DNA of 64,000 nucleotides from Macrostomum hystrix (taxonomy: Eukaryota > Animalia > Platyhelminthes). Positions 1-10,206 of this stretch are shown one piece after another (within the stretch, counting starts at the first letter, position 1; each line of letters begins with the position of its first letter). The position numbers and the translations under genes are program-made. The stretch is taken from contig CATNEN010000031.1 in NCBI GenBank assembly GCA_950097015.1, positions 2,914,001-2,978,000 on the forward strand, read 5' to 3'. The notes below the pieces were generated by a model. The model made no database searches. It worked only from the letters and a program-made list of their open reading frames with translations, and had not been told where the DNA came from.

Positions 1-183
1 GTTCATATTGGCGGCCTCGGGTTGCACAGATCTCCTCAGCCGATTGTGCAGCTCAACCAACCCGTTGTGCTCGGCATCAGTCATCTGACTGGAGGCAGGT
101 GGCAGCAGCAGCAGCAGCAGCAGCAGAAGCAGCAGCAGCAGGGTAGCCTTGCTCTCAATGTAAATAGTGCTAAAATTAATCAT
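1..183 (-). CDS. 5' coding part of a secreted CAP/SCP (PR-1/venom-allergen-like) domain protein; continues beyond the left edge
   Basis: Minus-strand translation from the ATG at 183: MINFSTIYIESKATLLLLLLLLLLLLPPASSQMTDAEHNGLVELHNRLRRSVQPEAANMN. A poly-Leu signal-peptide-like segment is followed by the LHNxxRxxVxPxAANM motif typical of the CAP-domain N-terminus. Absent from the ORF track because it is truncated. Confidence 0.8.
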   Translation of the reverse strand, partial: MINFSTIYIESKATLLLLLLLLLLLLLPPASSQMTDAEHNGLVELHNRLRRSVQPEAANMN

Positions 184-328
184 AGTAAAAATCAGGTTCA
201 ATTCCCAAATAACAGACTGGCCGGACTAAGATTCCCCGCCCATATCTACATATATACCAGGCCCTCTCAAACCCTGCAGCACTTCCATAAATTTTCTTCC
301 TTCATTTCTCGCCTGTCAGGAGCTGTCT

Positions 329-342
329 GTTGTCATGGCAAC
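329..342. promoter_or_regulatory. RFX X-box-like motif GTTGTCATGGCAAC
   Basis: One mismatch to the palindromic X-box GTTGCCATGGCAAC; about 145 bp upstream of the CAP gene ATG. Confidence 0.55.
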
Positions 343-872
343 ATAAGGTACACTGCTTAGTTAAAAATAATTGGCTGGCTGAGTTGAGGGGCGGGAAGGC
401 AGTCGGGACAATCTCCCTTCTCTCCCTCCTAGGAGCAAACAATTGCCTGCTCGCCAATATCCCAAACTGAGTGCAGCCTAACAAAGAGAGGAAGCGGCAG
501 AAACAGAACAGAGACTGTCGGCTGGCCCGCCTCATGCGGCTCATTAAGGCGGATGCTCTTCTAGGGAGACTGGAAACTCAAACGGATTCTTCAGAAATGC
601 GCAGCGAGCCTAAAAACCAAAGACTGAAAATGTATTCACTTAACAATGCACTGTGAATGCACGGGCTCTCTGTTGCGTTTGCACTTTAGTACTCGCATTG
701 TTGCTTCGATGTCTCTGTCTCTCTCTTTCCGTTCTCGCGCGCGCTATCGCTTTACCCCTTAGCCAGCCCTGTGTACAAGTACATTTGCGCTTGCACAATA
801 GTGGATGGTTTAAGCCCCGGCCAATCAGAGGGCGTTAAAAAACGAACCTACAAAAAAAGCAAAAATATTATT

Positions 873-1205
873 TGCAGTAAGACTGCAGGCACATTTGGTG
901 ACACTAGATTTGCAGCAGCGAGGAGGCAATTCTGCTCATTTCGCTGACTCCTGAGCACACAAGCTCACAGATACCGTACGCAGACACACACTCACACAGG
1001 TGTGTACATCTACCTCGACTTTCTCATCATCAGGCAGTGTACACTATCACTGCGCCTTGGAGGTTGGCCCTCAAGGGCGTAAATTGCATGACAAGCCTCC
1101 AAGCCTTCTCTCCGCGGCTGCACCAAAATTTAATGTTGCCTCGCCGTGGAATCGAGCTTAGGACCTTGGTGCAAGAGGCGAACGCGTTAGAAGATGTTGG
1201 TCCAA
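873..1205 (-). mobile_element. tRNA-derived SINE, family 1 (copy 1)
   Basis: Aligns by eye with 22633-22982, 61707-61976 and the inverted copy at 55855-56045 (shared ctgactcctgagcac and ccttggaggttggccctcaaggg blocks); tRNA-like head at the right end. Confidence 0.75.
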
Positions 1206-1317
1206 TATTGTGCATTGTTTTGCATTATTACAACAAAAATACTTTCAACTTTTCGGTTTACTTCTCCACTGCTTTCATCGCTAGCAACCTGACTTTGATT
1301 TTGACGCGACTAACACC

Positions 1318-1422
1318 CACAGATCATTCACAGTGAACACCCTGGATTCACAGATCATTCACAGTGAACACCCTGAATTCACAGATCATTCACAGTGAAC
1401 ACACTGGATTCACAGATCATTC
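1318..1422. repeat. 31-bp tandem repeat, left part (interrupted by the LTR element)
   Basis: Unit cacagatcattcacagtgaacac(c/a)ctg(g/a)att; resumes at 6374. Confidence 0.95.
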
Positions 1423-1599
1423 TGTAAGGTGTGCGGTGATTCATTCTCGCATCGCGTCGTAAGTTGGCTTCGTAAATTGTGCAATGCGATGTACATTCTC
1501 TGGTGTACATAGCCAAATATAAAGTCGCTCACTTGAGGCTTTAGTCACCTCGTGTTTTCTCGGTTCTCGCGCAAGTCTCGCCTTCTGAGCTAGTTTACA
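1423..1599 (+). repeat. 5' LTR
   Basis: tgtaaggtgtg...ctagtttaca; identical to 6197-6373 on base-by-base comparison. Confidence 0.97.
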
Positions 1600-1600
1600 T

Positions 1601-1613
1601 TGGTGGCAGCGGT
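1601..1613 (+). promoter_or_regulatory. Primer-binding site, probably tRNA-Leu
   Basis: TGGTGGCAGCGGT, 1 nt after the 5' LTR, is complementary to the ...ACCGCTGCCACCA 3' end of eukaryotic tRNA-Leu(AAG/TAG) as recalled. Confidence 0.8.
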
Positions 1614-1640
1614 CTCTATCTCAAGTCGGCCCACTCACTC

Positions 1641-2477
1641 ATGGCGCACGCCAATGCACTTTTGCCACCCAAGTTTTCCGGCTCAGACGATGCCGACATC
1701 AACATGTGGCTGCAAATGTTTGAGGACTTCGCCACGGATTCCGAGTGGGACGACAAAAAGATGGCATCGAAAATCCGGCTGCTCTTATCTGGCGAGGCGC
1801 TCGTCTTCGTGTGGGACCTGCCGGAGGAGAAGAAGAAGAGCTTCGCGACCATCAAGGACGAGCTGGTCAAGTTCTACCGTGGCAAGGAGAACTCGTTCTG
1901 CGCCATGTCGGAGTTCGAGAGCCGGAAACGACGCCAAGGAGAGTCGCTGAGGGAGCTGTGCCACGCTCTCAAGCTCCTGTACCGGAAGGCACGCCCTGAC
2001 CACGATCAGACGGTGAGAGACTGCGAAGTGCGACACCGACTGCTGGCTCTGCTGTCGAAGGAGATTCGCGAAGCGTTGCTGAAAGACGCTGACTGCAGCA
2101 GCAGCAGCCCGGAGCAGCTGGCGGACCGCGCCACGGCTCTTGAGAGCATCGGCGGCAGAGGCGCCTCTGCAAGCATCGCGGTAACATCGGTGAGCAGCCA
2201 AGTGGTGGACCGGCTGGAGCAGATGCAGGAGCAGCTGGCGGACCTGGCTGCGACGGTCGCCACCATCAGCAGCCGTGGACAGCGCGGTGCGCGAGGAAGA
2301 GGAGCTCGGGGGAGAGGCAGCGGTCGCGGGAAATGCTTCAACTGCGCTCAGCCCGGCCATTTCGCGGCCCAGTGCCCCAGGCAGGCCGCGCCAGCCGTGC
2401 CGCCCGTGTGCAGCCGCTGCTCAGGCAAAGGGCACCGGGTCGAGGTCTGCCCGACCCCGGCTTCGGGAAACTTCTGA
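1641..2477 (+). CDS. gag: Retrotransposon Gag, 278 aa
   Basis: ORF just after the PBS with two CCHC zinc knuckles (CFNCAQPGHFAAQC, CSRCSGKGHRVEVC). Confidence 0.93.
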   Translation: MAHANALLPPKFSGSDDADINMWLQMFEDFATDSEWDDKKMASKIRLLLSGEALVFVWDLPEEKKKSFATIKDELVKFYRGKENSFCAMSEFESRKRRQGESLRELCHALKLLYRKARPDHDQTVRDCEVRHRLLALLSKEIREALLKDADCSSSSPEQLADRATALESIGGRGASASIAVTSVSSQVVDRLEQMQEQLADLAATVATISSRGQRGARGRGARGRGSGRGKCFNCAQPGHFAAQCPRQAAPAVPPVCSRCSGKGHRVEVCPTPASGNF

Positions 2478-5400
2478 GGACTGGTGACCGTGGGCCATCA
2501 CCAGCCCTGCCTAGCAAGGCCCAAACCGCTTCGCTCTTCCTGCCCGGCAGCATCGCAGGCCGGCCCTGCAGGTGGCTGTTCGACACGGGCGCGCAGGTGA
2601 CGCTCGTATCAGCTGCCCAGTTTCGAGCTCTGGGAGTCGCAGCTCAGCTTCATCCGCCTCTCAGCACTCCGGTCGGGATCGATGGTCGACGCTTGGAGTC
2701 TCCGGCATGCGCAACGCTGGCCATTCAGGTGGGCGGACTGCCGCCCATGGAGCACCCGGTGACGGTGGTCGCCGACATTCAGCCGGAATGCGTGCTCGGC
2801 ATGGACGCCATCAGCAAGATGTGCTCAACCTTCAGCGTGGATCTCATGTCGTCTTCTGTCCTGCTGGGGTCAACCAGGATCCCAGTCCTGCCAGACAGGA
2901 ACTCCATGCCGGCCTGCCGGGTGGTGCCCACCGCCGTGGTCGCCAGAGTCGCCAGCACCGTGTCCATCCCAGCCCGCAGCCGCGTCATCATCCCGGTCAA
3001 GGTGGCATCGTACGTTGAGCAGGGTCTGTTCGAGCCCAGCTCTGACTTCGTCGACAAGACCGGCCTGCTGCCGAACCGGGCTCTGGTGGTCTCCAGCGCG
3101 GACGGCAACCTGCCGGTGGGAGTCTGCAACCTGAGCGCCGACCCGGTGGTGCTCTACCAGAATCAGGCCATCGGCAACTTCGACGCTGCCGAGCCTCACG
3201 GGCCCGACGGTGAAGCTTCGGAGGAGGCCGGCTTCAACATCAACCCGGAGCTGAGCCGGTCGCAGCGCGAGGTCATCGAAGCCCTGCTGAACCAGCATGA
3301 GCTGGCATTCGCCAGTCACGAGTTCGACCTGGGGACCACGCACCTACTGCAGCACGAGATCAACCTGGAACCCGGCAGCCGCCCCATCAAGCACAGGCAG
3401 CGGACAGTGCCACTGAACTTCAGACAGCAGGTGGACGACAAGATCAGCGAGATGCTGCGTCACGGGATCATCGAACCGTCATGCAGTCCGTGGGCGAGCA
3501 ATCTGCTGGTGGTGCGCAAGAAAAACAACGAAATCCGCATCTGCACCGACTGGAGGGCCCTCAACTCGTGCACCGTGAAGGACGCCTACCCGCTGCCGCC
3601 GCTGTCTGTCGCTCTGGACGCGCTCACTGGCAGCAGCTGGTTCAGCACGCTCGATCTCCGCCAAGGGTTCCTGCAGGTCGAGCTGCGCGAGCAGGACCGG
3701 GAGAAGACCGCCTTCTACACCACGCAAGGCCTGATGCAGTACAGGAAGCTCGGCTTCGGCCTCTGCAACGCCCCGGCGACCTTCCAGCGCCTGATGGACT
3801 TGACGATGGCGGGCCTGAACTGGACGGAGGTGCTCACCTACATGGACGACCTGATCCTGTTCAGCACGACGTTCGAGCAGCACGCGCAGACGCTGAAGGA
3901 AGTCCTGGGAAGGCTGCAGTCGGCGGGCCTCAAGCTGAACAAGCGCAAGAGCTGCTTCTGCTTCCAGGAGGTCGAGTACCTGGGGCACAAGATTTCGGCC
4001 GATGGGATCCAGCCAACCCAGGACAAGGTCAGCGCCATCCAGTCCATCCCGACGCCCGAGTGCGCTGAGGACGTTCGCCGGCTCGTCGGCATGCTGGGCT
4101 TCTACCGGCGGTTCGTGCCGCACTTCGCCAGCATTGCGAATCCGCTGCACCAGGCGACTCAGAAAAGTCGGCAGTTTCGGTGGACGGCAGAGTGCGAGGC
4201 AGCCCTGCGCGAGCTGAAGTCGGCGCTGTCGGCACCCCCAGTGCTGAAGCTGCCGGATTTCTCCAAGGGATTCCGGCTGTGCTGCGACAGCAGCGGCGTG
4301 GCCATCGCAGGAGTCCTAAGCCAGCTCCACGAAGGCGTCGAATGCCCGGTCGCCTACGCGTCGAGAGTCCTGAATAAGGCAGAGCGCAATTACTCGACCA
4401 CCCACAGAGAGCTTCTGGCGGTCGTGTGGGCCATGAAGCACTTCCGGAACTACTTGGCGTCCGCCGGCGAAATTCTCGTCTTCTCCGACCACAAGCCGCT
4501 GCAAGGGCTGCTGAACACCAAGGAACCCGAAGGTCGCCTGGCCAGGTGGATCACGCTCCTGCAGGAGATCAATTTCAAGCTGCTCTTCAGGCCTGGTCGC
4601 GAGAACGTGGTGGCGGACGCGCTGAGCCGGGCGGCGGCGACCCGGCTGACACCCGCCTGGTCGGACGAGGAAATCAGCGCGGCGCAGGCCGATGACCCGG
4701 TGCTGGCAGCGGCTCGCCAGGTGCTCATCGGACGGAGGCCCCGGCGAGGCAAGGCCGCAGACGACGCAGAGAGCCTGGTGAGGTCGGAGAACCTGGAGCT
4801 TGGCGAGGACGGCGTCATCAGGAGAAGCGGCTTCCCCGTCATTCCGCTGCAGCTTCGCCAGGAGCTACTGAGGCAGCTGCACGACGACCCGGCAAGCGGG
4901 CACCTCGGACTGGACAGGACGCTAGCGAGGGTCGTCAACAGAGCCTGGTGGCCTGGCCTGAAGGACGACGTCCAGCACTGGGTGAGCAGCTGCGAGGTGT
5001 GCCAGCGTCGCAAGGTACCGCACCAGCACCAAAGGGCGCCGCTGCAGGACAACACCGTGCCGTCAACTCCCTGGGAGATGGTGCAGGTGGACATCAAAGG
5101 ACCGCTGCCGGCCACAGAGACCGGTCAGAAGTACATCATCTGCTTCACCGACGTGTTCTCCAAGTGGGTCGAAGCGGCCCCAGCGACCAACATCGAGACT
5201 CGCACGGTCGCTGAAGCCATGCTGCGCAGCGTCGTCCTCCGCCACGGGTCGCCCGAGGTCATCCACTCCGATCAAGGTCGCCAGTTCGAAAGCGACGTCT
5301 TCCAGGAGCTGTGCCGGCTGCTCGACATTCGAAAGACCAGGACGACACCATTCCACCCCAGCGGCAATCCGGTGGTCGAGCGATTCAACCGGACTCTGGG

Positions 5401-6085
5401 CGACATGCTGGCGGCCTACTGCATGGAGCAGCAGGACAGGTGGGCGGCTTTCCTGCCGTACGTCATCTGGGCGTACAACTCGTCGGTCCACAGCACCACC
5501 AAGCGGTCACCGTACGCGGTGCTGCACGGCCGCGACCCCCGGATCCCAGCCGAGCTCAGCCTGCCCGCCGCCGGTGAGAGGCCGGTCGTCACGGACGCGC
5601 TGGCGGACGCCCGCGCCGGCCTGCAGCTAGTGCGGCAGCGCCTGCAGTCGACGCAGCGGTCGCGGAAGCAGCAGTACGACAAGCGCCAGCACTTCACTCC
5701 GTTCCAAGTCGGCCAGCTGGTGATGCTCAACAACCCGGCGGTGCAGAAGGGCCAGTCCAAGGCGCTCCGCCGGCGGTGGTTGGGGCCGTACCGAGTGCTC
5801 GAGAAGCTGGGCCCAGTCACCTACCGGATCTCCAAGCCCACCGGGCGGAGGCGGAGCTCGGTGGTGCACCACGACCGGCTGAAGGCGTTCGTGGCGAGGC
5901 GGCCGCAACCCGCTGTCCCGCAGCCCGCCGCCGACCCACCCGCTGCAGAGAGCGACCGGCCGCCCAGTCCGGCTGCCGACCCGCGTGAGACCTGGCAGGA
6001 GCTGCTAGACGAACCGGCGCCTGCTGGGCCCAGACGCTCGAATCGGACTCGGAGGCAGCCAGATTTTTTTGTCGCGCAATTTTGA
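2333..6085 (+). CDS. pol: Retrotransposon Pol (protease, RT, RNase H, integrase) in the -1 frame relative to gag; translation probably enters near 2471 by frameshift
   Basis: Uninterrupted ORF with the LFDTGA protease motif, YMDD RT motif, RNase H (CCDSSG...YASR), integrase HHCC and DDE (VDIKGP, HSDQG, VERFN) and a C-terminal GPY module. Confidence 0.97.
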   Translation: MLQLRSARPFRGPVPQAGRASRAARVQPLLRQRAPGRGLPDPGFGKLLRTGDRGPSPALPSKAQTASLFLPGSIAGRPCRWLFDTGAQVTLVSAAQFRALGVAAQLHPPLSTPVGIDGRRLESPACATLAIQVGGLPPMEHPVTVVADIQPECVLGMDAISKMCSTFSVDLMSSSVLLGSTRIPVLPDRNSMPACRVVPTAVVARVASTVSIPARSRVIIPVKVASYVEQGLFEPSSDFVDKTGLLPNRALVVSSADGNLPVGVCNLSADPVVLYQNQAIGNFDAAEPHGPDGEASEEAGFNINPELSRSQREVIEALLNQHELAFASHEFDLGTTHLLQHEINLEPGSRPIKHRQRTVPLNFRQQVDDKISEMLRHGIIEPSCSPWASNLLVVRKKNNEIRICTDWRALNSCTVKDAYPLPPLSVALDALTGSSWFSTLDLRQGFLQVELREQDREKTAFYTTQGLMQYRKLGFGLCNAPATFQRLMDLTMAGLNWTEVLTYMDDLILFSTTFEQHAQTLKEVLGRLQSAGLKLNKRKSCFCFQEVEYLGHKISADGIQPTQDKVSAIQSIPTPECAEDVRRLVGMLGFYRRFVPHFASIANPLHQATQKSRQFRWTAECEAALRELKSALSAPPVLKLPDFSKGFRLCCDSSGVAIAGVLSQLHEGVECPVAYASRVLNKAERNYSTTHRELLAVVWAMKHFRNYLASAGEILVFSDHKPLQGLLNTKEPEGRLARWITLLQEINFKLLFRPGRENVVADALSRAAATRLTPAWSDEEISAAQADDPVLAAARQVLIGRRPRRGKAADDAESLVRSENLELGEDGVIRRSGFPVIPLQLRQELLRQLHDDPASGHLGLDRTLARVVNRAWWPGLKDDVQHWVSSCEVCQRRKVPHQHQRAPLQDNTVPSTPWEMVQVDIKGPLPATETGQKYIICFTDVFSKWVEAAPATNIETRTVAEAMLRSVVLRHGSPEVIHSDQGRQFESDVFQELCRLLDIRKTRTTPFHPSGNPVVERFNRTLGDMLAAYCMEQQDRWAAFLPYVIWAYNSSVHSTTKRSPYAVLHGRDPRIPAELSLPAAGERPVVTDALADARAGLQLVRQRLQSTQRSRKQQYDKRQHFTPFQVGQLVMLNNPAVQKGQSKALRRRWLGPYRVLEKLGPVTYRISKPTGRRRSSVVHHDRLKAFVARRPQPAVPQPAADPPAAESDRPPSPAADPRETWQELLDEPAPAGPRRSNRTRRQPDFFVAQF
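2465..2523 (+). other. -1 programmed ribosomal frameshift signal (slippery heptamer plus pseudoknot)
   Basis: G GGA AAC in gag phase; stems 2481-2487/2498-2504 and 2491-2496/2518-2523. Confidence 0.8.
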
Positions 6086-6183
6086 GCTGCTAACTATTTT
6101 TTTGTTCTTATAAAGCTTGTAGTGCATCATTTTAAGCTGCCTAAAATATTTGTTTATTTTTTTGTTTTTAATGTCCTCAATTT

Positions 6184-6196
6184 AGGGATGGAGTGA
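6184..6196 (+). promoter_or_regulatory. Polypurine tract
   Basis: AGGGATGGAGTGA immediately before the 3' LTR. Confidence 0.8.
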
Positions 6197-6373
6197 TGTA
6201 AGGTGTGCGGTGATTCATTCTCGCATCGCGTCGTAAGTTGGCTTCGTAAATTGTGCAATGCGATGTACATTCTCTGGTGTACATAGCCAAATATAAAGTC
6301 GCTCACTTGAGGCTTTAGTCACCTCGTGTTTTCTCGGTTCTCGCGCAAGTCTCGCCTTCTGAGCTAGTTTACA
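6197..6373 (+). repeat. 3' LTR
   Basis: Identical to 1423-1599. Confidence 0.97.
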
Positions 6374-6847
6374 ATTCACAGTGAACACCCTGGATTCACA
6401 GATCATTCACAGTGAACACCCTGAATTCACAGATCATTCACAGTGAACACACTGGATTCACAGATCATTCACAGTGAACACCCTGGATTCACAGATCATT
6501 CACAGTGAACACACTGGATTCACAGATCATTCACAGTGAACACCCTGGATTCACAGATCATTCACAGTGAACACACTGGATTCACAGATCATTCACAGTG
6601 AACACACTGGATTCACAGATCATTCACAGTGAACACCCTGGATTCACAGATCATTCACAGTGAACACCCTGAATTCACAGATCATTCACAGTGAACACCC
6701 TGAATTCACAGATCATTCACAGTGAACACACTGGATTCACAGATCATTCACAGTGAACACACTGGATTCACAGATCATTCACAGTGAACACACTGGATTC
6801 ACAGATCATTCACAGTGAACACACTGGATTCACAGATCATTCACAGA
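6374..6847. repeat. 31-bp tandem repeat, right part
   Basis: About 15 units, continuing in register after the TSD. Confidence 0.95.
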
Positions 6848-7406
6848 GAGTATTTTGCATAAAAAAGGACGGAAGAACTTAAAGGGCATTAAAAAATGTT
6901 TTTCTTGCCAAAAGTGGATGGCATAAAAATACGTAATGTAAAAAAGCAAACACTATATTAGACAAATAAAATTGTTTAGCTTAAAAGTCAGTAGCAACTC
7001 CGTGACAGCGAATTAGATCGCGGAGAAGGATAAGTGTTAAGGAGGTAAATTTAGCACAAAATTGAAAGCAAAAGAAAGTAGCTCGTAATTCAAACCCGGC
7101 AACCGAGAAAAATAATTTGCACTTTTTTGTTTTAATGAGCAGATCATTTTTCAACTTCTAGAAATCAAAGTGCAAAACTCCGTCCTTGAGATGCTTTTGA
7201 AGCACACTAGAAAGAATATTATAATGAATGTATATGTATTGCGTAGACGAAAAAGAGTATTGACTGAGTAAAACAATGGTAGGCAATACATGCCTAACAA
7301 TCTGTGAAACAACAATGCACCGAAGGTAGCAGACAGACAAAGCAAGCTAAAAAATGTTAAGCACCAGAAATTCAGAAACAGAAGGATAAAAAGACAATGC
7401 AAGAGT

Positions 7407-9871
7407 AGTGTCTGCTGATAGTGTCTGCTGATAGTGTCTGCTGATAGTGACTCCCCTGAATATTCAGGGTGTCTGCTGATAGTGTCTGCTGATAGTGACT
7501 CCCCTGAATATTCAGGGTGTCTGCTGATAGTGTCTGCTGATAGTGACTCCCCTGAATATTCAGGGTGTCTGCTGATAGTGACTCCCCTGAATATTCAGGG
7601 TGTCCGCTGATAGTGACTGCTGATAGTGACTCCCCTGAATATTCAGGGTGTCTGCTGATAGTGACTGCTGATAGTGACTCCCCTGAATATTCAGGGTGTC
7701 TGCTGATAGTGACTGCTGATAGTGACTCCCCTGAATATTCAGGGTGTCTGCTGATAGTGAATGCTGATAGTGACTCCCCTGAATATTCAGGGTGTCTGCT
7801 GGCAGTGACTCCCCTGAATATTCAGGGTGTCTGCTGATAGTGACTCCCCTGAATATTCAGGGTGTCTGCTGATAGTGACTGCTGATAGTGACTCCCCTGA
7901 ATATTCAGGGTGTCTGCTGATAGTGACTGCTGATAGTGACTCCCCTGAATATTCAGGGTGTCTGCTGATAGTGACTCCCCTGAATATTCAGGGTGTCTGC
8001 TGATAGTGACTGCTGATAGTGACTCCCCTGAATATTCAGGGTGTCTGCTGATAGTGACTCCCCTGAATATTCTGGGTGTCTGCTGATAGTGACTCCCCTG
8101 AATATTCTGGGTGTCTGCTGATAGTGACTGCTGATAGTGACTCCCCTGAATATTCAGGGTGTCTGCTGATAGTGACTCCCCTGAATATTCTGGGTGTCTG
8201 CTGATAGTGACTCCCCTGAATATTCTGGGTGTCTGCTGATAGTGACTGCTGATAGTGACTCCCCTGAATATTCAGGGTGTCTGCTGATAGTGACTCCCCT
8301 GAATATTCAGGGTGTCTGCTGATAGTGACTCCCTGAATATTCAGGGTGTCTGCTGATAATGACTACCCGGAATATTCAGGGTGTCTGCTGATAGTGACTC
8401 CCCTGAAAATTCTGGGTGTCTGCTGATAGTGACTGCTGATAGTGACTCCCCTGAATATTCAGGGTGTCTGCTGATAGTGACTCCCCTGAATATTCTGGGT
8501 GTCTGCTGATAGTGACTCCCCTGAATATTCTGGGTGTCTGCTGATAGTGACTGCTGATAGTGACTCCCCTGAATATTCAGGGTGTCTGCTGATAGTGACT
8601 CCCCTGAATATTCAGGGTGTCTGCTGATAGTGACTCCCTGAATATTCAGGGTGTCTGCTGATAATGACTACCCGGAATATTCAGGGTGTCTGCTGATAGT
8701 GACTCCCCTGAAAATTCTGGGTGTCTGCTGATAGTGACTCCCCTGAGTATTCAGGGTGTCTGCTGATAGTGACTCCCCTGAATATTCAGGGTGTCTGCTG
8801 ATAGTGACTCCCCTGAATATTCTGGGTGTCTGCTGATAGTGACTCCCCTGAATATTCTGGGTGTCTGCTGATAGTGACTGCTGATAGTGACTCCCCTGAA
8901 TATTCTGGGTGTCTGCTGATAGTGACTGCTGATAGTGACTCCCCTGAATATTCAGGGTGTCTGCTGATAGTGACTCCCCTGAATATTCAGGGTGTCTGCT
9001 GATAGTGACTCCCTGAATATTCAGGGTGTCTGCTGATAATGACTACCCGGAATATTCAGGGTGTCTGCTGATAGTGACTCCCCTGAAAATTCTGGGTGTC
9101 TGCTGATAGTGACTCCCCTGAGTATTCAGGGTGTCTGCTGATAGTGACTCCCCTGAATATTCAGGGTGTCTGCTGATAGTGACTCCCCTGAATATTCTGG
9201 GTGTCTGCTGATAGTGACTCCCCTGAATATTCTGGGTGTCTGCTGATAGTGACTGCTGATAGTGACTCCCCTGAATATTCTGGGTGTCTGCTGATAGTGA
9301 CTGCTGATAGTGACTCCCCTGAATATTCAGGGTGTCTGCTGATAGTGACTCCCCTGAATATTCAGGGTGTCTGCTGATAGTGACTCCCTGAATATTCAGG
9401 GTGTCTGCTGATAATGACTACCCGGAATATTCAGGGTGTCTGCTGATAGTGACTCCCCTGAAAATTCTGGGTGTCTGCTGATAGTGACTCCCCTGAGTAT
9501 TCAGGGTGTCTGCTGATAGTGACTCCCCTGAATATTCAGGGTGTCTGCTTGTAGTGCCTCCCTGAATATTCAGCGTGTCTGCTGGTAGTGACTCCCCTGA
9601 ATATTCAGGGTGTCTGCTTGTAGTGCCTCCCTGAATATTCAGGGTGTCTGCTGGCAGTGACTCCCCTGAATATTCAGGGTGTCTGCTGGTAGTGATTCCC
9701 CTGAATATTCTGGGTGTCTGCTGATAGTGACTCCCCTGAATATTCTGGGTGTCTGCTGATAGTGACTCCCCTGAATATTCAGGGTGTCTGCTTGTAGTGC
9801 CTCCCTGAATATTCAGGGTGTCTGCTGGCAGTGACTCCCCTGAATATTCAGGGTGTCTGCTGGTAGTGACT
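7407..9871. repeat. ~35-bp (35/49-bp variants) minisatellite containing a 16-bp palindrome
   Basis: Unit ctgctgatagtgactcccctgaatattcagggtgt; higher-order variants recur at about 375-bp spacing. Confidence 0.95.
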
Positions 9872-10206
9872 TCCTCAAACTGAGTTCTTCCGAAATAGTA
9901 AATTTATTTAAAGTTTACTGTTTTATTGCATTTTCTACTTTAAATAGTAAGATATTTACATAGGTAAACAGACTAGGTAAAAATGTCAGTTAGGCTCGCA
10001 AATACTCCTTTCTGAGTTGGTCAGCGCAAAGACGAACATAAAATAGAGACTTCAAATCCCTGGGAAATAAAAAAATTAGCATAAAGATGATTGATTGAAA
10101 ACGAACTGAATTAACTGTTTAGCTAATTTGAAATCGAATCGAAGTTCATCAGGGGTTAGTGGCTGGAAATTCTGCGTTATTCCCCCGGTTTTCCCGGCCG
10201 CCAGCA

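Larger units (their letters stand above)
1423..6373 (+). mobile_element. Complete Ty3/Gypsy LTR retrotransposon, 4951 bp
   Basis: Identical 177-bp TG...CA LTRs (1423-1599, 6197-6373), 4-bp TSD ATTC (1419-1422, 6374-6377), PBS, PPT, and gag plus pol in PR-RT-RH-IN order. Confidence 0.98.

Noticed and set aside
22-360. Plus-strand poly-Q ORF
   Set aside because: The opposite strand gives a signal peptide plus CAP motif; the poly-Q is its antisense shadow.
1745-5988. Numerous overlapping and antisense ORFs over gag/pol, and over the GC-rich DDX46 exon 2
   Set aside because: Expected by-products of high GC3 coding sequence; no recognisable motifs.
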